From assembly GCA_002633005.1 (NCBI GenBank), contig NMRA01000010.1:1460982-1524981 (forward strand): DNA of 64,000 bases. Direction: 5' to 3'. This document shows, one piece after another, positions 35,563-47,500 of the stretch (its first letter is position 1; each line of letters starts with the position of its first letter). The position numbers and the translations under genes are program-made. This DNA comes from Phoronis australis. Taxonomy: Eukaryota; Animalia; Phoronida. A model generated the notes under the pieces. The model was not told where the DNA came from. It was given only the letters and a program-made list of their open reading frames with translations, and searched no databases.

Positions 35563-38500
35563 CTACAGAGAAGATAAATATGAACACCAAAACATCAACA
35601 ACATCAAAAAAGCAGACACGATTTGTGGAACAAAACATATTATATCACAATATTACCCTCGAATGGCAGATACAACCGTGCAATAACTCATAAAGTTATC
35701 TCACTAGTGAGATAACATTTTGGCGGGAAACTGAGGCTGGATTCGAACCCAGGGCCCGGTCTCCAATCTTTTTACTCGAAATGGAACTCGAAATTAGGTT
35801 TGACATTTTCTACTCTACTTTTGGGCGAACTCAAGATAAGTGTCTATTATTCTATGCTCGAGTACACAATAACTTACGAAGATAATTTATTGCCCTTAGT
35901 TCACAGTTTGTAAACCCAATATTTAAGCAATAAGTTCTAGTTTGAACTCGAAATTTCGAGTTTTTACTCGAGTTTGTAGCACGAATATAAGGGTCTTCAA
36001 GGGCAAACTTGAACTAGAAACTCCTATGCATAAACTATAATGTATTCGAGCACAAAAGGAGCAGAGAAATTGCCAAAAATAGTTTCGAGTTCGTTTCGAG
36101 TACAAAGATTAGAGACCGGGCCCAGGCCTCATGTGTTTCGAGTCGCCGACTTCACCACTACTCCTCTTGGGGCTAACAACCCTCGGGTGATAATTCTCCA
36201 AAATCCACTCGGGCTCTAGATAACGGGAGATAACGACTTTGCCATGTAATAATCTATATTTATACCACAATATTAGCGTCGAATGGCACTAAAATACAAC
36301 CGTGTAAAAACCCATTTGGCGGTTTCGCACCCGGGTCTCAAGAGTTTCGAGTCGCCGACTTTACCACTACACCACTCAGCGGCTGACGTCATCAAACGTG
36401 AAAATATAATACTTAAAGTCCTTGTTGCAAACTGCCCATGTGGTTCTAGTATCCGAAAATACTTACTACATAAAATCTTATTTTCGACACCCTTTTCTTT
36501 ACATTCTTTTCGCCTTTCTTGCCAAAAGCGACTTTTCAACCGTATTTGACCCTTTTCTCTGAGCGTATGATTACCGGTTGTCATCGGTTATTTCCGTACC
36601 CACATTTCCGGCTCATCAGTTCAGGAACTTGTCCTGAATGCCGCCATTTTTTCCTTGTAACTGAATGTGCTATGGCTTGCTCGAAAAGTCTTCATTATAT
36701 TGTTTTATTAGTAATATATCGTGATTCGTTTGCATATGTAGTGTATTTATAGTTTGTAGTTTGTGGTCGTTGATTTTTTTTGAAATGTTACGCGTACTTA
36801 GTATGTTAAAATAGCATTGGTGTTTAGTTCCTTACGTAGGCCGGTCGAACCTAGGAACCAATATGGGTCGAACCAATTTTTTTCGGTTTTATTTTTTTCC
36901 TCGTTTTGAAAAAGTACTTTGCTATCATCGGAAAGGTAGTACATTCTACTCAGTAAAAATCGAAAAAGTATCAAAATCGGGGCAAGCACTGTAAAGTTAT
37001 TGCAAGTTTTGTGGCGAAATTTGGGTCACTTTGTTTGGATCGCGTCGGCCATATTGGAGGACAGCGGGATGAGTTACGAGTTTAAAACTTTGTGTAAATT
37101 GTTTTCGCCAACAAATTACGGTGAAATTTAGTTAGACATATCTTTACTTACTATTCTGCACGATTTAGCAGTGTTCACCAAATTTCAGCCTCGCAGTTGT
37201 TACTCATTAAGTGATAAATGTGCTCACAATTCCCGTTGGACTTCGTCTCATTTCTGGCGGCACCTACAATGTCGACTTTTGCTGAACTGAAAGGCATGTT
37301 CAATCGGCTACTTTGTAATTTGTGAAGATTTAACGTTGATACATTTTGACAAACGTTGCTACAAAAAAGAAACTTTGTTCAATTTTCGTGTTTTTTGTGT
37401 TTGTGGCCAGCGACCAGTTAGGCCTAAGGGTAGTCTTGGCGCAAAGCTGCCTCCCGTTCAGTAACGCTAGGACCTCGCTAAAAAGCAAGACTTCGCGAGA
37501 ATACGTGAGATTTCGCCGTGTATTTTGAATAAGAACACGTGACTTTGACTAGGTTTTAGCTAGGTCCTAGCGTAGGTCCTAGCGTCTACTGAACGCACGC
37601 CTGTATAGGCCTACTAACAAGCTGTATTTTGACTATAGTCTTCACTGGTTGCTGGTGACTGAGGCTAACTAAAGTCTGCCGCGGCAGTGTTACACAGGAC
37701 TAACCAGCCCGTAATTTCATGCAAGTATCTGAAACTACCCTTGAATATATGCAGCATTTATCATTTGACCATTTTACTTCGACAAAACAGCTTGCAACCG
37801 CATGCATTTACCGTTCGCCAGTGTCTGGTCTCGATCCGCACCGGGTCCGATAGGCTGCGGTCCCGAGTCTGGCAAAATAATTTCTGTCAAAATTTATTCG
37901 CCACATTTCTTCAGCAAATTCCATAAAATTGTCCGTAGTTTGATTTTATCAAAATTAAGGCGCGCTGTCGATTTTTTTATCCCCGTTTGCTGGCTGGTAA
38001 CAGTACAGGCACTGCTCCAGTCGCACTGACGGCGTTTTCTCGGCCTGGGTTCCTGAATGAATTGTACTTCCGGGTTCGCGGCAAGTTCAAAATGGTGGTG
38101 TTTCTTCGGGTGCGAATCGTGAGTGGCGCGTTCATTTAAACTGTTTTCGAGTACGGATCGTGTATTAGTTATGGGGTAGGTACTTCTTGGATCCTTATAA
38201 CATCTTCTAACCATGTAATAAGGGTTAACAACGCGTGAGACAAGGACTTTAAATGAGCACGCGCAACAATCGCATGTTCAGCAAAGGGCATTGCACCGAC
38301 ATTTATACGCTATGAAAAATAAGACGCATAACTTCCATAAAAACGGTATTTTAATTCAGTGAAAGTTTTCTCTCGTGCGCTCTCACTTGTAAATCACCGA
38401 TCTCCAATTTGAATGCGCTTATCGTGTCGTCGGGATCCTTTGTCTTGAGCATTATCCTCAGTTATTAGTGGTAACCTACTTTAGCAGACGATATTTTCCC

Positions 38501-41500
38501 GGTCGAAACTTAGCGTGATAAAATGTGTAGTAAGCTATAATAATTGCTAAACCTAAATTTATAGATTCAGTTTATTTCCATCTCATTTAAATTTTCAATT
38601 GTTTTGAGTAAAAGCAAAAATAGCTCGGCTTTTCTTAAAAGGTCACGACCTCCGACCCCGGTTCTCTAAAATAGAAAGTAGTTACATAGCCGAGGCGAGT
38701 CGAGAAATGTAGATCGATTCATTGCAATGTTTTTCGTTTAATATGTGGTATAAATAGATTATTACAAGGCGAAGTCGTTATCCCCCGTTATCTAGAGCCC
38801 GAGTGGATTTTGGAGAATCAACAGCTTGTTTGTTTTCATGAAAACATAGGTGGATAGGTGGCATACGCATGCCAGATCATGCATAATTGATACGTACTCG
38901 TGCCCACTTGGAAAACCAGCGCAATTAAAACCTTGGTTGTATGCGTTTGTGGTGGTTTCCAATAGGTCGACACTTTGACTGAAGATGTAATGGCTGGTGT
39001 TTTTTTTTTTTTCTTTGAGTTGTGAGGGTTAGGATTCAAAATCAGTCGGGTATAGACCATAATCAATTATATGTATGCTTTCTGTCCTAAGGGGAGCAAC
39101 GCAAAGGGAGCCGTGGCTAACTTTCACGTAATACATTAGCATATTGTGATCAGAGAACGGATTCGATTAACACATTTAGGCCAGAGCTATTATTTTATTC
39201 TTGTAAAGTCCCACAAGCCCAAACCCAACATGGCACAGCAGGTATGGTCTACTGGGCATTTGAATTTGGAAGCGAAAACGAGCAAAAAACTAACATGGCC
39301 TACACCTCCTACAAACTGTGTCCTGGACTTGAAGCCGTGTGGATAAATTCTGCCACACTCACGTTTTTTTTCTAGTGATCTCTGTGTAAAGTCTTTTTCA
39401 AGCACGCTACACCAAAATGTCCTCTACGATGTGTTTTGGTCATGTTTACTGAACGAGGATAAAGTACACAGCATAATCGCAAACATTTTTATGTCGGTTC
39501 TCCACGCCACCTGTTGATCACATATTCATATTAATAGAACAACATTACCCTATCGGATCCCATGGGAGCAAACGACTGTAGCACAATGCAGTAAAGCAAC
39601 CATTTGAGTTCATTCGTAGATTACACCAAACGTTAGTCATTCAGGTGTAGAATCAGATGCCAGATGCAGTACCTGTTTGGATTGAGCTGTTATGTTGGAT
39701 ATTTATATAATGAGCTCCCCTAAACTTTTCATAGCACAAGTTGCAGTGAGAAAATTAATTAACTTGCACACAAATCACCTGTACTCGAAAATGTGTTTTA
39801 GACTTCAGTGGCGGTATAAGATGGTTGATGTTTCTGTAAGTCATGCTGCCATATACAGTCATAATTCCAGCTTCAAATTCAAATTCATATTTACTCAGAT
39901 GTTGTAAAGAAAGACATTTGTGAAACGCTATGGGGGTGAATTTATATTATTTTGTGCTTGTTCATCCCTAGATTCTTGATAATGTTTTATGGTTTACATG
40001 AGCTCATATTCATTTAGTCTAAAAATCTACTACAAGCTTTTGTCAGTGGCAGGTACTTTTCTATCTTCGTTCTGTATATATCGTTGATTTGCATTGCACG
40101 TGCTCGAAACGCACCATAAAACCACCGTACGCTTTCGTTCACAGCCAATGACCGTGGTACTAAGATGGTGAGCAGTCGTAGCGTTTACATGTTCGCGCGA
40201 ACTCATTGGATGCAATTACTAGCTTGTCAGTCGTGTGATAACCACCTAATGCCAAACACAGCATACACTGTTGCGAGCCAGAATTAGCGAAAACTGTAAA
40301 AGTTCGAAACCTGACAAATGGTATTCAATAGCGGATTTGCAGCGACGCCATATTGAAATTAGGTTAAAATGGTGCATTGTGGGTGCTGTGGTCAGGATTC
40401 TGAAAGCGGCCATAGTAACAAGCATAATACGCGGTATGAGCGCGCAGAAAACTTACGGCGGATACACTTGTGTTCCTGGCTGCTTCAAAAACAACAAGAG
40501 AGATAAAAATCTGAGTTTTTGTGTTCCCTGCAAACCAAGAACTTCGTGAAAATGGATAAACAACATTAGGAGAGCTAGGAGTAAGGGGAAATTTAGCGCA
40601 TTCAAACCAACGCGGAGCCATCTAGTAGGCAACACGTAGCCCCTCGGTTGGCCATATAGGGGCTACAATACTTCCATTCGCTTTCTGTATTCATTTCGTT
40701 ACTTCAGTGTATTTTAAATGGGCCGTGAACGGATTTGGGTTACCGATTTTGAGTTTTCACCTTGTCAATAATACAATCTACACATAAAACTATCATTTAA
40801 GAAACGCTTACTTTCATCATTGGTCCTTTTTACTTCTATTCATATCTTTGATGAAGCTTAGTTGTGAGAATTAAGTTGACTTTGGCGAAGAATTACAACT
40901 CCACTATTTTGGTTGCCGTTAATTTTATCACCGCGTGCGCGATAACCACAAAGCATGTCAACTGAATCCCGTGAGTTAGGCAAAGGTTAGCGCGAGACTG
41001 AGCGAAACGCGTGACGCTATCGCGCGACACTTGTAAAATAGCATGAGAAGGTATCGGGTGAAACTTGTAAAATGTGTGTCCCTTGGACTTTTTATTCGTC
41101 AACATGCGTAATTTCACGTAACTTCCTCAAAATGGCACCCGGTAACTGAGAGAAACTCGAGCAAACCGCGACAGATTTTCATCGATTTGTTTAAGTTTTG
41201 CTGACTAAATTGTATCCAGAGTCGTGGTTTTTATATGTGTTAATTATAACTCCGTGTTCCTATATGTATGGTTCATTTGATTTTATTTGCTGCATTTTGA
41301 AATGAGTAACTTTTTGTAAGGATGTACTATCGCCCCTGAATGCCTGCGGCATCCAGTGCGATGTAATTGCCTAGGGGGCCATCGTGTGTGCAGCGAACAT
41401 TTTCCTGGTGAAAAAAGACTTAATATGAGAATAACATTCCGACGGAGTTTCCTTATAAAATTAACGTCTCTAGCATATCCACGGCGAAAGCTACAAAAGT

Positions 41501-44500
41501 TAAGCAACCGGAACTCTCCGATTGTCTGAAACCGGAGGAGATTTCCGAAATCAACGCCGATAGCCCCAATACTGAACATGACGACAGTCGTGCCCTCGGT
41601 CACTGATCATAGCTGCGCTGTGTTTACGAGAGAGAGGACTTGCTTGGTATTATAAAGCAAAAAAATGAAACATGGTTTTTAGTTTGCAAATCACTCCAAA
41701 TGCACACACTGTCCAGCCTGCTCAAGACATGCCTGACCACAAGCTATCCCATGAGCCTTCGCGAAGGAAGTAACTCGCACATGCGCAATGCGTAGTTCGT
41801 CTGCGCTGCAAATCCGCTATTGGTCAAAAATGCTTCTAACTGGTTTGAGCATAAACGGCTTGTCGCCAGACGATTTCGACTAGAGCGCCTAATAGAGGGA
41901 AAGTAACATACTTACTTGTATTGTGACAGCTGACGCATTAAGTAAAAGTTCCCTGAAGGCAATACAATTAACCAAAACGCACAGGTGAAGACACCCGTTC
42001 TACACAATTTTCACTGCCTTGCTGCTCTTATTTACGCGTAAGTCTTCATACATGTTATTTACTTACGCAGTTGGTCCTCCTGTCAGCCTTGTTTTGTGGT
42101 GGATGTCGTTCCATATAACACAGTTATCGGCACCAGTTGTTACTGATCTACCCACTGTGAAGACCAGACGAGCATCAAAAGCCTTCCTTAACAATCTGGC
42201 AATTTCATTGCCTTCAGCCGTATTGGGAAGATATGCTGTCCGACTTGTGCCTGTGTATTTTTTTCCGGGATTGGGGTGCTCCTTCTGAAATTGTTATAAC
42301 GAAACTTTCAAAGAGGAAATTAGGATGCAGACATGGAAAGCTTCCTGCTTGAGGTATCGTGTAAAATGTCTGATAAGGTCATGCCAATACTCAAAGATTT
42401 TCCGATATTATCTTAGAAATGAAATAAGAAAATGTAAACCAAAACGTCTTTCTAGATAAAACTTGAAAATGAAGCGATGGCTACTAAACATCGGCTGACG
42501 CCTGGAGTTGCCCCACCGATACCATGGGGCAAAATACTGAGAGTAGAAACTAAGGCTTCCTTGTTCAGGTATCGTGACATCAACATTCCCTAAGTCAAAA
42601 CTTGATAGCTGGCCGCGACTTTGAAAGTGAGGTCAACGCTATCAAAATTAGATGATCACAGTGGCGGATCTAGGATATCACAAGGGGGGGGGCCCAACAT
42701 TTTGTTCGGCTGTAAACATTTGCGCAAACTGAACCACGATTGTAGATGCGCATAGCACCAAATGTGGGGAGGTCGGGAGGGGGGNNNNNNNNNNNNNNNN
42801 NNNNNNNNNNNNNNNNNNNNNNNNNNNNNNNNNNNNNNNNNNNNNNNNNNNNNNNNNNNNNNNNNNNNNNNNNNNNNNNNNNNNNNNNNNNNNNNNNNNN
42901 NNNNNNNNNNNNNNNNNNNNNNNNNNNNNNNNNNNNNNNNNNNNNNNNNNNNNNNNNNNNNNNNNNNNNNNNNNNNNNNNNNNNNNNNNNNNNNNNNNNN
43001 NNNNNNNNNNNNNNNNNNNNNNNNNNNNNNNNNNNNNNNNNNNNNNNNNNNNNNNNNNNNNNNNNNNNNNNNNNNNNNNNNNNNNNNNNNNNNNNNNNNN
43101 NNNNNNNNNNNNNNNNNNNNNNNNNNNNNNNNNNNNNNNNNNNNNNNNNNNNNNNNNNNNNNNNNNNNNNNNNNNNNNNNNNNNNNNNNNNNNNNNNNNN
43201 NNNNNNNNNNNNNNNNNNNNNNNNNNNNNNNNNNNNNNNNNNNNGCCTATGGATCATAACAAAATATTTCTGAAGCTCCTGCTTAAGATATCGCACCTGC
43301 AATATATCCCAAAAGTCAAATTTGATTTTCTCGCTGCAACCTCGAACATCGTGTCAAGATCACGAAATCGAATGCCGCCTGGAGTTGCCCAAACCTTACC
43401 GCGATACGTAAACGAAATGTAAACCTTCTTTCAAGGGATCGGTATTGCACGCCAACACTACTGTGTGCCTAAAGGGTGCACTGACGAACAGTCGTGGGGA
43501 CTATGCCCCAAAAGGTATTTTTGTTTGGCGTGGTGTGTTTATTTAGTTCATTCATCTTAGGGCACTAGAAATATTAAAAGATTATGACAATTTTCACTGG
43601 CACTTACTCCTTGGGTCCCATTCTGGAAATCATAGGTAAGAATAATCGCTCCCGTGCGAGCATAACCGTTCAAATGCAGATTGCGATCACGTCTAATTTT
43701 CATAGTTCCGTTGAGTGGCTGCGTCCCGGTGAGAATCCCGTAGACTTTATTACATATAGGACATGTTTTCTTTTGCTTAAACCACGCCGTAATACACTCT
43801 GTACAGAAAGAATGTTTGCAGTCTGGCAATACTTTTGGATCTTTTAATGTACTAACGCAAATAGGACAGTCATCTTCAGCATGAGATGTTGACGGATCCG
43901 GGGACTTCATGACGACATCTGACCAAGACGGATCCCGCTTATCAACACTAGGTCTGAAGGGCTTGAAGTCATCTTCTGTTTCTCTACTTTGAAGAGCTTT
44001 AGCTTGCACCACATCGGTGTTGTTCTCTTCATGTTGACCGAGTACATTGATATGTGAAGAAAACAACTTCGATTCACTTTTCAGACCTCTCCCACCCATC
44101 TCAGCGGAACTCCCCCTACCTGGCATTTCCGACGAATGGTCGTTCGAGTCTTCATACCGGTTACCTGAGTCGTATGGCCCGCGTTTTTCGTGCGAAAGTA
44201 CGAACGTTGTTTTCGTGCTTGAGCCTTTGTCTTCACTATTCCCCCATGCTTCGTCACTTTGGGTTCGTTTATGATACGCACCAAATACTTCTGCTACGCC
44301 ATCAGTGGCACGACTATCTTTATTTACAATTATGATTTCGTTTAATATCCGACTTCCTACAGTCGTCCGGCTGAAGTTTACGATTACCTCTTTTAGTGTT
44401 TTCGCACACTCGGGGACGGAGAAGATCCCTACTCCTGTAAATAAATTTGAAAATTGGAATGTCCAAAATCATAATAACTGTGAGTCGCCATGAAATGAAA

Positions 44501-47500
44501 CGATGACAAAACCAATATGAAATATCCAGCACTAGAAAATGTAACCGGCTGATTAAAATGCATGCTTTAGTAAGACGATCTACATGCACATCTGATGTTT
44601 AAGCAAGTTGTTCAGCTCCAATGACAATACCCATAACGTAAAACCGAGGTCTGTAGGCCTACGGCAGGTAAAATGAATGGAAATCTCTGTTGACCATTGT
44701 TCAACTGTTTTGAATTATGCTCCATTTGAGTCAGAGTTGAATGCAACTTTAAATCGCTAGTTGTTTACAGAAAGACCTTGAAGGCAAGACGCCGCCAAGT
44801 GTGCGGAGCCACGACTGCCAAGATTTTGCCCAGAATTTATAAGAATTGAAATAGGTTCTGTCAGATACCTTTAGTCGCGGTTGTGTGTGTCGGTATAAAG
44901 AAAATAGTCTTCCCATAAAAGGGTTATCAATTGGATTATTGACACCTTCCAAGTTGAGTCATCATCTTCCGAAAGATGTCGCAAAATTTTAGGAAATGAC
45001 GCGTGCTCATGTCACGTGTGCGACAGACATTTTTGTGACAATAGGCAAACAAATGAAGTTCATTAGATTGTTTTTCACTCAAGCGGCTGCAACCCGCTGC
45101 AAGGTGAGTGTTGATTGACTCCTAGATTTGCATGCGCCTGCTCCGCTCGCTAGCTCTACATGTTGATATAAGTTTCAGGACGAGGTGACGAGCAGAACTA
45201 TACCCGGGCTGTAGGAAATATCGGGGATGTAACGGAGCTCAATAACGTAGTGCTACCAAGCTTTATTTTGGCGAGTCTTTACACTGCTAGCTGACCGGTT
45301 ACGTCATAACCCGCAGTATCATACAAAGGCCTTGCTAACTACATTTTGTCCGGCGGTCATGTTCAGTCCCCGGCGGTCCTGTTTTATGGTGGGGCGGTCA
45401 TGTTTCTAGGTGCGTCAGTCCTATTTTCTGGTGTGGCGGTCCCATTTGATCCCCGGAGGTCCTATTTTGGGTGAGTCAGTCCGATTTAGAGGACCGGCGG
45501 TCATGTTGTTTCTAACTCGTGTTTATAAGAATTGAAATGGGTTCTGTCAGATACCTTTAGTCGCGGTTGTGTGTGTCGGTATAAAGAAAATAGTCTTCCC
45601 ATAAAAGGGTTATCAATTGGATTATTGACACCTTCCATTTATTGATGCGGCTACACTGTATTCACGTCTATTTATGTTTGCACTGGAATTCATAAAATGA
45701 CTTGAATTTGTAAAGAATTGTTCCGTAAGTGTCTGGGCAAAAAGAACACCTAACAATAACTCCAGTTTTTTTAAAACTTTAAGGGTGATGCCAGTAGCTC
45801 CATTATACAGCCTTGGTCATACCTATCGTACACGCACTAACGGTCGATTCAAATATTCACATCGTTGTGACATACCGCGGTCCATCATCGCCACCGCATT
45901 GTTCTGCAATTAGATTTTCGCGACATAGCATGCATGCCAGTTCGTGACATATAATGTCAAGTGCTTGACCCGTTTAGCCCAGGGCCTGTTTCTGAATGTT
46001 TTTCGAAAATAGCACAATGATTTTCCTGTCTTAACTCACGATTGTAATTTTCAACACTTTGTTTCGCACGGTAACACTATCGCTAAGTGTCAGAGTAAAA
46101 GCTACCAATCAATCGGACTCAACATCATGTATAAACATTTTCAAACCATTACCGCAACAAAAGTTTTAACGATATTTGATCTTATGAAACATGTTTCGTG
46201 GTCGCAGGTGCTACAACGCACCAGTGGACGCGGAAGAAGTATTATATGTAAGAACAATCTGACCCCCTTGAGAGCAAACCTCCAACCAAAGCTCGTCAAA
46301 ACCTTAAACTTCTGAAATTCTGAAGATATAAATAATTAAGTGCCCTGAAAATGAAACTTTTAATCAGTATTATGCTATAAAAAGATTAGCCGCGTCGCAT
46401 TTACTCACCAGTTCCAATGAGTGGGACTGCAACCGATTTTACTTCCAACGTGGTATTTCCCAAATTGAGGACATTGTAAAATGTACGTTGGAGGTCTGCA
46501 TACTGGTCATCCTTCCTGAAGTATTTATTTGTTGGTACAACGGCGTGGATTACATACCAACAAGTACTTAGTAGTTTCCCAGTTGAGTCCTGCTCAATGG
46601 CTTCAGCGTCCACTATTAAACGTCTTGATCTCTGCCTGCTTTCAACTATCTGTCTGGTCATTTTACCAAACTTGTCGCCACCTGCAGAAGCAATTGCCTG
46701 GGAAATTCCCCCAGCATTACTTAACTTGCAATCGGTGGGGTTTACTATGGCACCTACTTTAACTTTAGTGATGTCATCAGTTAGCATGCGGACAACCAGT
46801 CCTTCAGGTGTGGTAAATGTATACCGGTCTTCCACTTCTGAAGCGAGGGACGTTGGAAGCGTATCCTTTTGAAATTCGTCGACGATCTTGCGAGTGGTTG
46901 CGGTGTCTATATTTACCAGGTGAACCGTGGACAGTATCCTAGACCAGTGACAGCGGGAGAAGGCGAAGACAGCTTGTTTTAGTTGCTCTGCACACATACT
47001 GACAGGAACGCCAAATATACCTGACAACAGAAAGCCAATCAGATTTTTTCCCGTAGCGAAAAAATCCAGTTATCACTTAAAATGACTTGGCAATGTATCA
47101 ATGAACAAAAGTGAGTGAAATTATAAAATTTACAAACAAATTTTCTACGAAACAATAAAATCAAATTATTCCTATCATTAAAAAGTCAAGTTTCCACTTA
47201 AAGTAACAGATTTAAATTGCTAACATTAAAATAGAGTGGACATTGGACATTTTTTTCTGTTAAAATCAGTTTTTATCATACCTGAACTTATAAGTGGAAT
47301 AGCTACATCTTTCACTTCCATCTTGCTATCTGCCCACCGGAGGACGTTCATGAAGGTCTTCTGAAGAATTGCCAGGCATTGCTCCTTGTCTCTGTAATCG
47401 TCCCACCTCGGACCAACAGCGTTGATAACAAAAAAAGTATTCAGGACAAGTGCCCCGGATGCATTCTGATACATGACATCACCATCCCTCATTGGGCCAT

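Noticed and set aside
42670-43302. ORFs spanning poly-X
   Set aside because: Artefacts of the N gap. The flanking DTX exons join in frame (GTQG|KEHPNPG), so no coding exon needs to be hidden there.
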